From positions 5,191,464-5,255,463 of the forward strand of contig NC_057757.1 of NCBI RefSeq assembly GCF_004010195.1: 64,000 bases of DNA. Direction: 5' to 3'. The notes below the pieces were generated by a model that saw nothing but the letters and a program-made list of their open reading frames with translations, did not search any database and was not told the origin of the DNA. The DNA comes from Chiloscyllium plagiosum (taxonomy: Eukaryota). The position numbers were made by a program, and so were the translations under genes. This document shows positions 50,741 to 63,149 of this stretch, one piece after another (within the stretch, counting starts at the first letter, position 1; each line of letters opens with the position of its first letter).

Positions 50741-52517
50741 ATCTATACTGACTTTACCTTCTAGGTTGCAGAAGGTGCAGGTTGGGGAGATGCTGTCAAA
50801 GAAGTTTGGTGAGTTGCTGCAGTGAACCTTGTTGATGGTATACACTGCTGCAGATGTGCATTGGTGGGGTTGGAAGTGAATGTTGAAGATGGTGGATGTG
50901 GGACCAGCCAAGAGTCCTGGATGGCGTCAAACCTCTTGAGTATTGTTGGATCTACATCCAGGTTAAAGAAGGAGGTTTGAGGATAGCTAGCTTGGGTCTT
51001 ATAGGAAAGAGAAAAGAGGTGAATTAATAAAGATTTAGGTTAGAATTCCAGAGCTCAGGGTATAGGTTATTGTAGACCTAGTCATCAATTGGGGCCACTG
51101 CTAAGTCAGTCTACAGCTCGACGTGAGGAGATGCAGAGAGTAGACACATAGACTAACTCTTTTACTGAATTCACCCTCCTTCCGCGTTTTGCTAATAATT
51201 CAGTCAACAAAGGTTTGGAATCACAAGTGAGAGCTTTTGCCAACACTTTGATCCTGTGTCCTGCTGAAACGCTAGTTTTCCTGTTTTCCAAAGTCACTGA
51301 GGTGAATAGCGCAGCCGCATCCAAGTGGAAGCGAGCTATGCATCAGGAGAAAAGAATTAGAGGATTTCTACTTTTGTACTAATTCATGGAAATGTGCACA
51401 ATATTCACAGTTCTGGCCAAAAATCAGAAGCACCAACACTGCAATTCCCTCAAAGCTATTGCTTCCCAAAACCATTTTAAAGTCAGCAAAGCCCACCCAG
51501 CAATCATCCTCTTATGTGAAATTTAGAAATCACCTTGTGTTTGAAGTAGCAGTTACAAGAGAGAAAAAAATAGGTGCTTCGAAGCCAAGAAAATGTATTG
51601 TGATGATGTCATTAAATGTAAGAGCAGAAATGGCTGAGGTATGGATATCAATACAATCTTGGCAAAGGTTTCAAAAGCATAGTCTGACCAAGACATCCTA
51701 GATACAATATTAGCCCTGCCTGCCCAATGAGAATGGTGTCGTCATGCATTAAAATAACACCACATAGGTATCTTCGTCACTGACTGAATTTCTGCATTTT
51801 CTACAGTGTCAAGGCTCCGAAGTTACAGACGGGCAGAGGGTCTAGTTAGCTGGATCAAAATGTAATTTGAAAATTGTCAACTGGAGGTGTACTTAGGCGA
51901 TTTGGATGTGGAGTTTGACCTGCTCAATTTTTTTCCGTTCATCGAGTTTAGTCTGTCTTCTATGGCTGGATCTGCAGATGTAGCTATTGTCACTTCCTCC
52001 ATCCCTTACCTTGCCACTTCCCAAACCTTTTCACACAGCGTGCCATCAAAATGGAATTCTTGATCCTTGACTGATTCAGCTAAGGCCATGAGTTAATTCA
52101 ATCCACAGGGCAGACTGAATGAAAGATACAACAGAGGAAGAAATGAATCCATGTGGGTGGCTTCTCATGAAAGGGTTACTAGGTAACCTGAGATGAAATA
52201 CAGTGTGTCATGAAATGCTGAGGGACTACGGAAAACTGAGAGTTAGGCAACATTTGCAAGGTCACTGTGAACCTAACACAGTAGAGAAAGCTGGCAAATG
52301 ACCATAAAGAGATATGCTTCAGAGTCTCATCCTTTTTATAGAGGACTGCGTGGTGTGCAATTATAGACAGAATCTTTTACTCCTGTTAGGGAGTTTATCT
52401 TATGAGTAAAAGTTGGACATATTGGGCTGGTATTCACTGGAATTGACAAGAATGAGAGGTGATCTCATTGAGACGTAGAAGATCCTGAGGGGACTTAATT
52501 GGCTTCTGGGACATAGA

Positions 52518-52654
52518 TGAAACTTTATTGCTGGAACAGCACAGCAGGTCAGGCAGCATCCAGGGAACAGGAGATTCGACGTTTCGGGCACAGGCCCTGT
52601 TCCAGCAATAAAGTTTCAACTTTGATCTCCAGCATCTGCAGACCTCACTTTCTC
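52518..52654. mobile_element. Palindromic PLE-terminus insert (family A variant)
   Basis: Perfect 15-bp TSD CTTCTGGGACATAGA (52503-52517 / 52655-52669); inverted tgaaactttattgctggaacag arms. Confidence 0.8.
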
Positions 52655-52664
52655 CTTCTGGGAC

Positions 52665-53605
52665 ATAGAGTCATAGAGAAGTACAGCACGGAAACAGACC
52701 CTTTTGTCCAACTCGTCCATGCCGATTAGATATCCCAACCCAATTTAGTCCCACCTGCCAATGCCCAGCCCATATCCCTCCAAAGCCTTCCTATTCATAT
52801 ACCCATCCAGATGCCTCTTAAATGTTGCAATTGTACCAGCCTCCACCACTTCCTCTGGCAGCCCATTCCACCCATGCACCACCCTCTGCATGAAAAAGTT
52901 GTCCCTTAGGTCTCTTTTATATCTTTCCCCTCTCACCCTAAACCTCTGCCCTCTAGTTCCCGACTCCCCCACCTCAGGGAAAAGACTTTGTCTATTTACC
53001 CTATTCATGCCCCTCATGATTTTATAAACCTCTATAAGGTCACCCCTCAGCCTCTGACGCTCCAGGGAAAACAGCCCCAGCCTATTCAACCTCTCCTTAT
53101 AGCTCAAATCCTCCAAATTTGGCAACATTCTTGTAAATCTTTTTTGAACCTTTTCAAGTTTCACAACATCCTTCTGATAGGAAGGAGACCAGAACTGCAT
53201 GCAGTATTCCAACAGTGGCCTAATCAATGTCCTGTACAGCTGCAACATGACCTCCCAATCCTGTACTCAGTACTGTGACCTATAAAGGAAAGCATACCAA
53301 ATACCTTCTTCACTATCCTATCTACCTGCGACTCTATTTTCAAGGAGCAATGAACCTGCACTTCAAGGTCTCTTTGTTCAGCAACACTCCTTAGGAACTT
53401 ATCATCAAGTGTATAAGTACTGCTAAGATTTGCTTTCCCAAAATGCACCACCTCACATTTATCTAAATTAAACTCCATCTGCCACTCCTTAGTCCATTGG
53501 CTCATCTGACCAAAATCCCATTGTAATCTGAGGTAACCTTCTTCGCTGTCCATTACACTTCCAACTTTGATGTCATCTGCAAACTTACTAACTGTACCTC
53601 TTACT
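52665..53605 (-). mobile_element. CR1 LINE 3' portion
   Basis: ORFs 53224-53640 (SKFADDIK, FNLDKCEVVHFG) and 52745-53248 (LIRPLLEYCMQFWSP). Confidence 0.95.
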
Positions 53606-53734
53606 AGAACTGGGTGACTGAAAACATTTAAGACAAACATAGAAAATTTCTTTCTCTCAAAAGATCGTCAGTCTGTGCAATTCTCTTCCCAAATGTAATA
53701 GAAACCACATCTTTGAATATTTTAAGAGAAGACT

Positions 53735-54160
53735 TTGAGCTATAGGAAGAGGCTGTATAGGCTGGGCCTATTTTCTCTGGAGTGTTGGAGGCTGAGAGGT
53801 GACATTGTAGATAACTATAAAATCATGAGGGGCATGGATAGGGTGAAAATTCCCCACAGTAGGGGAGTCCAAAACTAGACGACATAGGTTTAAAATGAGA
53901 GGAGAAAGATATAAAAGGGACCTGAGGGGCAACTTTTTCATGTAGAGGTTGGTTGTGTATGGAACGAGCTGCCAAAGGAAGTGGTGTAGGTAGGTATAAT
54001 TACAACATTTAAAAGACGTCTGGATGGGTACATGAATAGGAAGGGTTTGGAGGGATATGGCCCAAGTGCTGGCAAATGGGACTAGATTAATTTAGGAAAT
54101 CTGGTTTGTATGGATGAGTTGGACTGAAGGATCTGTTTCGTGCTGTACATCCCCATGAGT
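53735..54160 (+). mobile_element. CR1 LINE 3' end
   Basis: Same family sequence as 6455-7390. Confidence 0.85.
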
Positions 54161-54504
54161 CCGTCGTTCGTCAAGAATAAAGCCGGATCAGTTGGGGGTG
54201 AGGGGGTGGGCAAACTGAAGTTGCGGCCACAGTTAGAGCAGGAATAACAAAGCAGGTTTGAAGGGCTTAATTTATATGTATAAATTTATATGTTAAATTC
54301 ATGGAAGTCAACAGAGAGACGATAGACCCAGTATAGATTTCTGGAGGTAAAGGTTTTGTATTCTAACCCCCAGGCTTCCCACAATCCTAGTTCTACTGAT
54401 TGAAATATTCCGCAATCTTTGGTGATAATCATAAATTCAGCAATCCTGGTCCATGTTTGATTGCCAGCTAGTAGTAGCTAGAAGAACGTTTAATTATTGA
54501 AAGC

Positions 54505-55860
54505 ATCATAGAATCATAGAGTCCAGAAGAGGATCTTCGGTTCCTCAAGTAGGTGCCACCAAAAATATACTACTACCTACACCAGTTCCACTTTCCAAGG
54601 CCCGTAGCCTTGAATGTTCTGACACTTTAAGTGACTCATCCAAGTATCTTTTGAAGGTTGTGAGGTTTCTCATCTCTACCCTCCCAGAGCCCTCACTACC
54701 CCCTCCGTGAAAAGGCTTTTCCTCAAATCCCCTTCTGTCTTTTCCTTTAGAATTAGTCCCCCTCATATCAACCCTTCAGCTAAGAGAACAGCTGCTTTCC
54801 ATTCACCCTGTCCATGCTCCTCATAATCTTATACACCTCTGGCAGTTACCCTTTTAACCTTCTCTGCCCCGAAGAAAACAACCCGAGCTTATTCAGCCTC
54901 TCTTTGTAGCTGAAATGCTCATTCCAGGCCAAACTTGGTTTATCTCCTTTGCACTCTCTCCAGTGCGATCACAATTCTTCCTGTGGTCCAGCTGTGGCCT
55001 TACCAAAGTTCTGTACAGCTCCAACATGACCTTCTCTCTCTTAAAATCTATGCCACAATTGATAAAGCTAAGCATTTTCTATGCCTTCTTAATTACCCTA
55101 TTAACCTGTCCTGCCACCATCAGGGAACTGCAGACCCAAGATTCCTCTGTTCCTCTGAGCTTCCCAGTGTCCTGCCATTCAGTGAGTATTACCTTGTCTT
55201 GTTTCTTTTTCCAAAAAGCATCACTTCACACTTTTCAGGCCACTGATCTGGCCATCTGACAAACCTGTGTATATCTTCCTATAATAGAAACATAGAAAAT
55301 AGGTGCATGAGTAGGCCATTCAGCCCTTAGAGTCTGAATTCAACATGATCATGGCTGATCAGGTAATTTCAGTATCCCATTCCTGCTCTATCTCCATATC
55401 CTTGATCCCTTTATCTGCAAGGGCCACATCCAGCTCCCTCTTGGATATATCGAATTAACTAGCCCGAACAGCTTTCTGTGGGAGAGAATTCCACAAGTTC
55501 ACATAGAGTCATAGGGAGGTACAGCATGGAAACAGATCCTCGGTCCAACTTGTCCATGCTGACCAGATATCCCAACCCAATCTAGTCCCACCTGCCAGCA
55601 CCCATCCCATATTCACCCCAAACCCTTCCTATTCATATAATCTTTCTGAGTGAAGAAGTTCTTCCTCATCTCAGTCCTGAATGGCTTACCTTCTATTCTT
55701 AGACAGTGACCCCTAGTTTTGGACTTCACCAACATTGGGAACATTCTTCTGGCATTTAGCCTGTCCAGTCCCATCAGGATTTTATATGTTTCTATGAGAT
55801 CCCCCCCCATTCTTTGAATTTCCAGTCAGTACAAGCCCAGTCAACCTGGTCTTTCCTCAT
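54505..55860 (-). mobile_element. Nested CR1 LINE 3' fragments
   Basis: MLELYRTLVRPQL; GDLIETYKILMGLDRL..KTRGHCLRIEG. Confidence 0.8.
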
Positions 55861-56142
55861 AATACTGAACTTGCCAGCAATGCCCATATCCTCCAGATGG
55901 CCTTCAACTAGGGTTCCAGGATAAGATGACTCCTTTCCTGATTTTTACATATCTTCTGGTAACAAAGCATTGGGTGTCATTTTGAGATCTCCCCTCAAGG
56001 CATACAATGAGACACCAGCAATCCTACCCCCTATACTCATTCAGAGGTTTTTATACACTTAGATCCAGGTTTGTCATAAATTTGTATCGCATGTTAACTG
56101 CTGGTTCTTTTTTCTTATTTTTTTTTTCTCCTCCAATCCAAG

Positions 56143-56273
56143 GACTTTTTGCACTCCTGGTGATGTTACTCGGTTATATAAAGCCAGCAAAGTCGACTCC
56201 ACTCCACCCCATCTGTGACATCAGAGTGCTGGACAAGTACATTAGAGAGGCAAAGGATGCTGCAGATTCAACG
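56143..56273 (+). CDS. EPO: Erythropoietin coding exon 2 (signal peptide and helix A)
   Basis: Strong polypyrimidine tract, AG at 56141-56142 and GTATG donor at 56274. Encodes (G)LFALLVMLLGYIKPAKS-TPLHPICDIRVLDKYIREAKDAADST, which aligns without gaps to human mature APPRLICDSRVLERYLLEAKEAENIT; phases 1/0 as in EPO; POP7 is the neighbour. Confidence 0.93.
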
Positions 56274-56575
56274 GTATGCCATTCTGTGCATGTGTGTGGC
56301 CTGTTTATAGTGTAATGCAGTGACTTCCAACTGGGCTTCAGTCTGATACCTGATGCGAATGTTAATCCAGAGCTCCAGTGGTGGGTTAGAAAGTCAATGC
56401 TGCAGGCAGTTTTCACTGCATTGCATAGAATCTGCTAAAGTCGAATAATTTCCTATATAACTTGTGCTCTGATTTACTTTTTTTAAAATTTGGGACATTT
56501 GAGGACGAATCCAAGGTCAAGATACCAAATTGGTTGAAGGGGCAAGAGTAACTTCTAGGATAAATCAAGAATTCA

Positions 56576-56885
56576 GGTGGTACAATGGCTCAGTGGTTAG
56601 CACTGCTGCCTCACAATGCCAGGGACCTGGGTTTAATTCCACCCTTGAGCGACACTGTGTGGAGTTTGCACATTCTCCCTATGTCTGCATGGGTTTCCTC
56701 TGGGTGCTCTAGTTTCTTCCCACAGTCCAAAGATGGGCAGGCTAGATGGATTGGCCATGGGAAATGCAAGGTTACAGTGATAAGGTAGGAAGGTGGGTCT
56801 GGGTGGGATGTTCCTCAGAGAGTTGGTGTGGACTGGATGAGCCAAATGGCCTGCATCTACACTGTAGGGATTCTATGATTCTATG
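56576..56885 (+). mobile_element. HE1-type SINE
   Basis: Family sequence with attctatg tail. Confidence 0.85.
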
Positions 56886-57465
56886 AATTATTGGCATGTT
56901 GACAAAATTTGTGGTCTGTTACCCAATTCATTGAGAATCTAGGAAAACCTTACAAGGCAATCATTAAACCAGTTTAGGAAATAATAAGGTGGTTGACCAA
57001 ATGGGTTTGGCCCAAGAGATAAGTTTTAAAGAAGTAGGGAGAGGCGGAGTTATTTAGGCCTGAGGCCTATATGTCAAAACTGGAGGGGTGCTGAAGAGGC
57101 TAGAATTGGACAAGTACAGAGATCTTGGAGGGTTGTGGAGCTAGAGGAGATTGAGAAGAACCAATACAAATCCAAGGGTCAAGTGATTACAGCACAAAAT
57201 AAGGTCATTCTATAATTCCTTTTATGAATGTTAAGTGTGGGTTGAATAGTGTTCTATACACTGTGCAGGGAAATGGCAATTTACCTCGTACACTACTTCC
57301 CAGACTTTGTGACCCTATTTTATAGCGTCCGGTTTCATACAACAACAGAGTAGGTGAGGCCAAATCTCACAGTGCAGCTGTGCCCTTGCTAATGTATTTT
57401 GTTTTGTTCATTCCTGGGATGTGGGTGTCACTGAGCAAGGCCAGAACCTGTTGCCTATCCCTCTG

Positions 57466-57766
57466 GTGGCACGATGGCTCAGTGGTTAGCACTACTGCCT
57501 CACAGTGCAAGGGACCTGAGTTTGATTCCAGCCTTGGGCGATTGTGTGGAGTTTGTACATTCTCCCTGTGTCTGCATGCGATTTCCTCTGGATCCCTCCA
57601 TAGTACAAGGATGTGCAGGTTAGGTGAATTGGCCATGATAAATTGCCCACAGTGTTCAGGGATGTGTGGATTAGGTGCATTAGTCAGTAGAGGAATGGGG
57701 GGGGAAATGGGTTGGTGTAGACTTGTTGGGCTAAATGGCATGTTTCCATTCTAGTGATTCTATGAT
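57466..57766 (+). mobile_element. HE1-type SINE
   Basis: Family sequence. Confidence 0.85.
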
Positions 57767-58604
57767 TTCAGTGGGCATCAACTACATTGCTGTTGGTTTC
57801 AAGTGATATTTTAAGTAGACTGGGTAACAACAGCAGCTTTCCCTTCCCTGAACTGTATTAGTGAACCAGATGGGTTTTTAAAACAAATGATGATTGTTGT
57901 CATGGTCACTGCTATGGAGACTTGCTTTCAAATCCAGCTTAATTGATTGAATTTAAAATCCACGAACTGACACAGTGGGATTTGAACCAATGTCACATTA
58001 ACGTGGCCATCTGGATTACTGGCTGGTGAAATTCTCACTATCTACCCTGATAGTTCGGAAAAATGATTGCCTCCAGGATAGGAAACAAGAAAAATGAGGG
58101 AAATTAACCCAAAATCTGCCCATCTCCTGTAAGTTTGAGGCTCTGTGATATAACATTAATGAGCAATATCAAAGCTCCAACTTCAAATCCGATAAGTCTA
58201 ATCTGGGCCTGTAGCCAAAATGTGTTTGTAAATTTAAACCAATACTATGTGAAGTGGCGATAATCTAGGACTGCATTCTTGAATCACTCTGGAAGGTTAA
58301 GGGGTGAGATGATCAAACCTTTCAAGATATTAAGGAGAATGCATTTGCTGGATAGAGAGAAATTATTTCCACTGGTTGCAAAATCTTGGAAATCCTGGAG
58401 AATACAGCTTTCTCTATAGCTCAAGGGTTTCATGAATGATTCACCAAAGTTATGCTCGGGGATAGGAAGAACCCTCTTAGAAATTTGAGACTTCTCTGAA
58501 CATGGATTGCATTACTAATTGAGATTTTGTGGGGCTGGGAGGTTGTTTCTAATATATTGCCCAACTGTATTTCTAAAATGCAACCAGCCATTTCAGATAA
58601 AGGA

Positions 58605-58772
58605 TTAAAAAAACTGTAGATGCTGGATTCCAAGGTAGACAAGCAGAAGGCTGGAAGAACACAGCATGCCAGGCAACGTCAGGATTGAAGAAGGGTTACA
58701 CCCGAAATGGTAACTTCTCCACCTCCTGATGCTGCCTGGCTTACTGTGTTCTTCTAGCTTCCTGGTTGTCTA
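58605..58772. mobile_element. Palindromic PLE-terminus insert (family D), degenerate hammerhead
   Basis: TTGAAGA-A-GGGT-TAC-ACCC-GAAA at about 58685-58707; inverted arms. Confidence 0.65.
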
Positions 58773-59689
58773 TCCCAGAGCAAGAGCCAACTAGTTGACC
58801 TATGAGGGGGCAAATTTACCAAATGATCCAATAATGTCCATACTGCTTTGTTTGTTCTTCCCAGAAATGTCTTATCAACTGCAAAGGGATTACACAATGG
58901 TTACCTCTGCTGGGTAGAAACCTGGAAGACAGGAATGGGTGGAGGCCATTCAGCCCATTGAGCCTGCTCCAGCATTCACACATATCATGGCTGATCATCA
59001 ACTTCTTTACCATTTTTCCCATATTCCTTGGTGTCATAGTATTACAAAGTCTATCAACTTCAGTCTTGAATCTACTTCAGTAGACCTCCAGGGTAGACAA
59101 CTCCAAACATTTATCCCTCTGAGTGAAAATAATTATCCCTATTTCAGTCCCAGGTGGCCTGACTCTTACTCTGAGACTGCCTCCTAATCTTTGACTGCAC
59201 CGAGCCTGAGGAAACATCCTTCCTGCATCTACCTTGACTGTAAGAATATTGTATGTTTCTCAGAGACTATCACATATTCAAAAACGTGCACACAAGATCT
59301 ACCTCTTCCCCCACCCCTCACTCTATAGTCTGATACATTTAAGCAATGAGTCATTGGTGAACATTGACCTGAAAGGTTCAAAAACTCTGATCTGCCAGGA
59401 GTCAGCTGCTTTGCAGTAGGTTTAGCTCAGTTGATCTTGGCAGAAATTCAGTCAGGGTTCCCACTCCTCATGGCCTTTTAGACTAACAGGGAAGTGCCAT
59501 GTATGGCTATCAGATGATCGACATCTGGCAAGGACCTCACAAAACAAAAGTATGGTGAGGACCGAATTTGCGCAATCGAAAATAAAAACAGAAGGAGCTG
59601 GAGAAATTCAGCCAGTTTGGCAGCATCTCTGTAGAGAGGAACAGAGTTAATGTTTTGAGTCCAATATGACTCTTTTAGAGTAATAACGC

Positions 59690-60440
59690 TGTAGAGCACA
59701 GAAACAACTCCTTTGGTCCAACTCATCCATGCTCACCAGATATCCTAAATTAATTTAGTCGCATTTGCCATATCCCTCCAAACCCTTCCTATTCATATAC
59801 CCATCCAGATGCCTTTTAAATGTAATAAATGGACCTGCCTTCACCATCTCCTCTGGCCGCTCATTCCATACATGTACCACCTTCTGCGTGAAAAAGTTGC
59901 TCTTTAGGTCCCTTTTATATCTTTTCCCTCTCATCTTATACTAATGCCCTCTAGAACAAAAAGCAAAGAAAATTTACAGCCCAGGTACAGGCCTTTTGGC
60001 CCTCCAAGCCTGAGCCGAACCAAATGTACTGTCTAAACCTGTCGGTCAATTCCTAAGCATCTGTATCCCTCTGCTCCCCACCTACTCATGCATCTTTGCA
60101 GACACATCTTAAATGAATCTCCCGTGTCTGCCTCTACCACCCCTGCTGGCAACGCGTTCCAAACACCCACCACTCTCTGTGTGAAGTACTTGCCGCGTGT
60201 ATCCCCCTTAAACTTTCCACCTCTCACCTTGAATGCGTGACCTCTCGTTATTGAATCCTTCTACTCTTGGACTTTCCTACCGTGGAAAAATGACCTTGGC
60301 TAATGACGCTATCCATGCCCCTCATGATTTTATAAATCTCTATAAAGGTCACCCCTCAGCCTCCAATGCTCCAGGAAAATAGTCCCAGCCCATTCAGCCT
60401 CTCCCTGTAGCTCAAACCCTTCAACCCTGGCAACTTCTGA
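59690..60440 (-). mobile_element. Nested CR1 LINE 3' fragments
   Basis: RGGKFKGDTRGKYFTQRVVGVWNALP and CR1 3' UTR. Confidence 0.85.
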
Positions 60441-60787
60441 ACTTATGACTTTAGCGGAATCTTTGTCAAGCCCAGGCGAATTTGAGGCGGGACTCTGCTT
60501 TTGACCTCACCCTCGAGATGTCCCATTCACCTCAAATGCCACCACACTTCGCAGGACTGACCGATTTTCCCTAAGAAGTTCCAGGTGTTCTATCCAGTGT
60601 ACACACCGTGGGAAGTGGCCCAAAGCAGATCCCACACTCCCATCCCAGTGGCAGTCAGTTTGACGAAGATAATCATTACTGTTAGAAATGAGTAGCTAAT
60701 AAGTAAAGTAGCCAGTCCATTTGTATCCCTCCAACTGGGCAGCCTGTGCCACTTCAGAATCTCACTCCCCTGGCCTCTGCTCCTCTG

Positions 60788-60990
60788 AGAGAAAGTGAGG
60801 ACTGCAGATACTGGAGATCAGAGTTGAGAGTGTGGTGCTGGAAAAGCACAGCAGGTCAGGCAGCATCCGAGTAGCAGCAGAATCGATGCTTTGATTCCTG
60901 ATGAAGAGCTTATGCCCAAAACATCGATCCTCCTGCTCCTCAGATGCTGCCTGACCTGCTGTGCTTTCCCAGTGCCACACCTTTCAACTT
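60788..60990. mobile_element. Palindromic PLE-terminus insert (family A)
   Basis: Inverted arms; core CTGATGA at 60898 with GAAA mutated to AAAA. Confidence 0.75.
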
Positions 60991-61068
60991 TGTCCTTTTG
61001 CCTATAGTGGCAGTATAAAGAATATGGGCGGAAGGAAAACAAGACAGAAGTTCACCAGTGCCAGGATG

Positions 61069-61293
61069 TACAAAGTTAAAAATCATACAACAGCAGGTTA
61101 TAGTCCAACAGGTTTATTTGGAAGCACTAGCTTTTGGAGCGTTGCTCTTTCATCAAGTGGTTGTTGAAGGTGTTGAAGGAGCAGCGCTCCGAAAGCTAGT
61201 GCTTCCAAATAAACCTGTTGGCCTATAACCTGCTGTGGTGTGATTTTTAACTTTGCACACCCCAATCTAACATTGGCACCTCCAAATTATGAT
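61069..61293. mobile_element. Palindromic PLE-terminus insert (family B)
   Basis: 10-bp TSD TGCCAGGATG (61059-61068 / 61294-61303); two opposed, mutated hammerhead cores. Confidence 0.8.
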
Positions 61294-62187
61294 TGCCAGG
61301 ATGGAATGCCATTCTTTTTGAGAACATCTTTCTAAGTGACTGTGCTGAAATGAAGATGACTCATGTTACTGTTCCATTGCTCAGACAGCTTTATCAGATT
61401 CCACTTCCACTATTGTTGTGAAAACAGTTAGTGGCACTGTCAAAATAGCTGAGTGAGAAATCTCACATCAGTATGTCAAGCATTTGCATGATAACATCCC
61501 TCACAGTCATTTGTCAGCTCTGGATTTTAATGAAACGACTGCTTTTATTTATTTATGTAAATCCCCAAAGCAGACTAATAGCTCCTCATTTGCTGTCTTT
61601 AAAGTTATTCATCTATCAAGTAATCTGTGGGAGGCACACTCCTCAGGAATGTGTCTTTTCATAAGTGCTTTAGGGGTTTGTATTCAGGCACCGGTGGTGG
61701 AGGTTTGATATACAAGGGCTCTGGATTAGTGGTGCTGGAAGAGCACAGCAGTTCAGGCAGCATCCAAGGAGCTTCGAAACCTTCATCAGGAATAAAGGCA
61801 GTGAGCCTGGAGCATGGAGAGATAAGCTAGAGGAGGGTGGGGGTTTGGCCGAACTGGTCCTCACCCTTAACAATTTCTCCCACTCCCTCCAGACCAAAGG
61901 GGTAGCCATGGACACACGTATGGGCCCCAGCTGTGTCTGTCTCTTTGTTGGCTACGTAGAACAGTTGATCTTCCGTAATTACACTGGCACCACTCCCCAC
62001 CTCTTCCTCCGCTACATTGATGACTGCATTGGTGCCACCTCATGCTCCCGCAAGGAGGTTGAGCAATTCATCAACTTCACCAACACATTCCACCCTGACC
62101 TTAAATTTAACTGGACCATCTCTGACACCTCCCTCCCCCTCCTGGACCTCTCCATCTCCATCAGTGACGACAGACTTGACACTGACA

Positions 62188-63033
62188 NNNNNNNNNNNNN
62201 NNNNNNNNNNNNNNNNNNNNNNNNNNNNNNNNNNNNNNNNNNNNNNNNNNNNNNNNNNNNNNNNNNNNNNNNNNNNNNNNNNNNNNNNNNNNNNNNNNNN
62301 NNNNNNNNNNNNNNNNNNNNNNNNNNNNNNNNNNNNNNNNNNNNNNNNNNNNNNNNNNNNNNNNNNNNNNNNNNNNNNNNNNNNNNNNNNNNNNNNNNNN
62401 NNNNNNNNNNNNNNNNNNNNNNNNNNNNNNNNNNNNNNNNNNNNNNNNNNNNNNNNNNNNNNNNNNNNNNNNNNNNNNNNNNNNNNNNNNNNNNNNNNNN
62501 NNNNNNNNNNNNNNNNNNNNNNNNNNNNNNNNNNNNNNNNNNNNNNNNNNNNNNNNNNNNNNNNNNNNNNNNNNNNNNNNNNNNNNNNNNNNNNNNNNNN
62601 NNNNNNNNNNNNNNNNNNNNNNNNNNNNNNNNNNNNNNNNNNNNNNNNNNNNNNNNNNNNNNNNNNNNNNNNNNNNNNNNNNNNNNNNNNNNNNNNNNNN
62701 NNNNNNNNNNNNNNNNNNNNNNNNNNNNNNNNNNNNNNNNNNNNNNNNNNNNNNNNNNNNNNNNNNNNNNNNNNNNNNNNNNNNNNNNNNNNNNNNNNNN
62801 NNNNNNNNNNNNNNNNNNNNNNNNNNNNNNNNNNNNNNNNNNNNNNNNNNNNNNNNNNNNNNNNNNNNNNNNNNNNNNNNNNNNNNNNNNNNNNNNNNNN
62901 NNNNNNNNNNNNNNNNNNNNNNNNNNNNNNNNNNNNNNNNNNNNNNNNNNNNNNNNNNNNNNNNNNNNNNNNNNNNNNNNNNNNNNNNNNNNNNNNNNNN
63001 NNNNNNNNNNNNNNNNNNNNNNNNNNNNNNNNN
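62188..63033. other. Assembly gap (846 N)
   Basis: Run of N. Confidence 1.
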
Positions 63034-63113
63034 CCCAATGTACTCTCTGCTACTTTCTCCCCACCCCCACCCTCCTCTAGCTTATCTCTCCACGCTCCAG
63101 ACTCACTGCCTTT

Positions 63114-63149
63114 ATTCCTGATGAAGGGCTTTTGCCCGAAACGTCGATT
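63114..63149 (+). ncRNA. Minimal hammerhead ribozyme motif with intact core
   Basis: CUGAUGA / A / GGGC-UUUU-GCCC / GAAA / CG / UC^; palindromic ACGU stem III; GUC triplet; weak stem I. Confidence 0.7.

Noticed and set aside
56143..56273. Thrombopoietin instead of EPO
   Set aside because: YIREAKDA matches EPO YLLEAKEA rather than THPO LLRDSH, and POP7 is the neighbour
58865..58940. Possible EPO exon 3 (acceptor, then KCLINCKGITQWLPL)
   Set aside because: Has C-x3-C but lacks the TVP..VNF..W pattern and a convincing in-phase donor
61335..61420. Possible EPO exon 3 (DCAEMKMTHVTVPLLR)
   Set aside because: The VTVPL resemblance is short; the nearest acceptor is out of phase, there is no conserved Trp, and a stop follows
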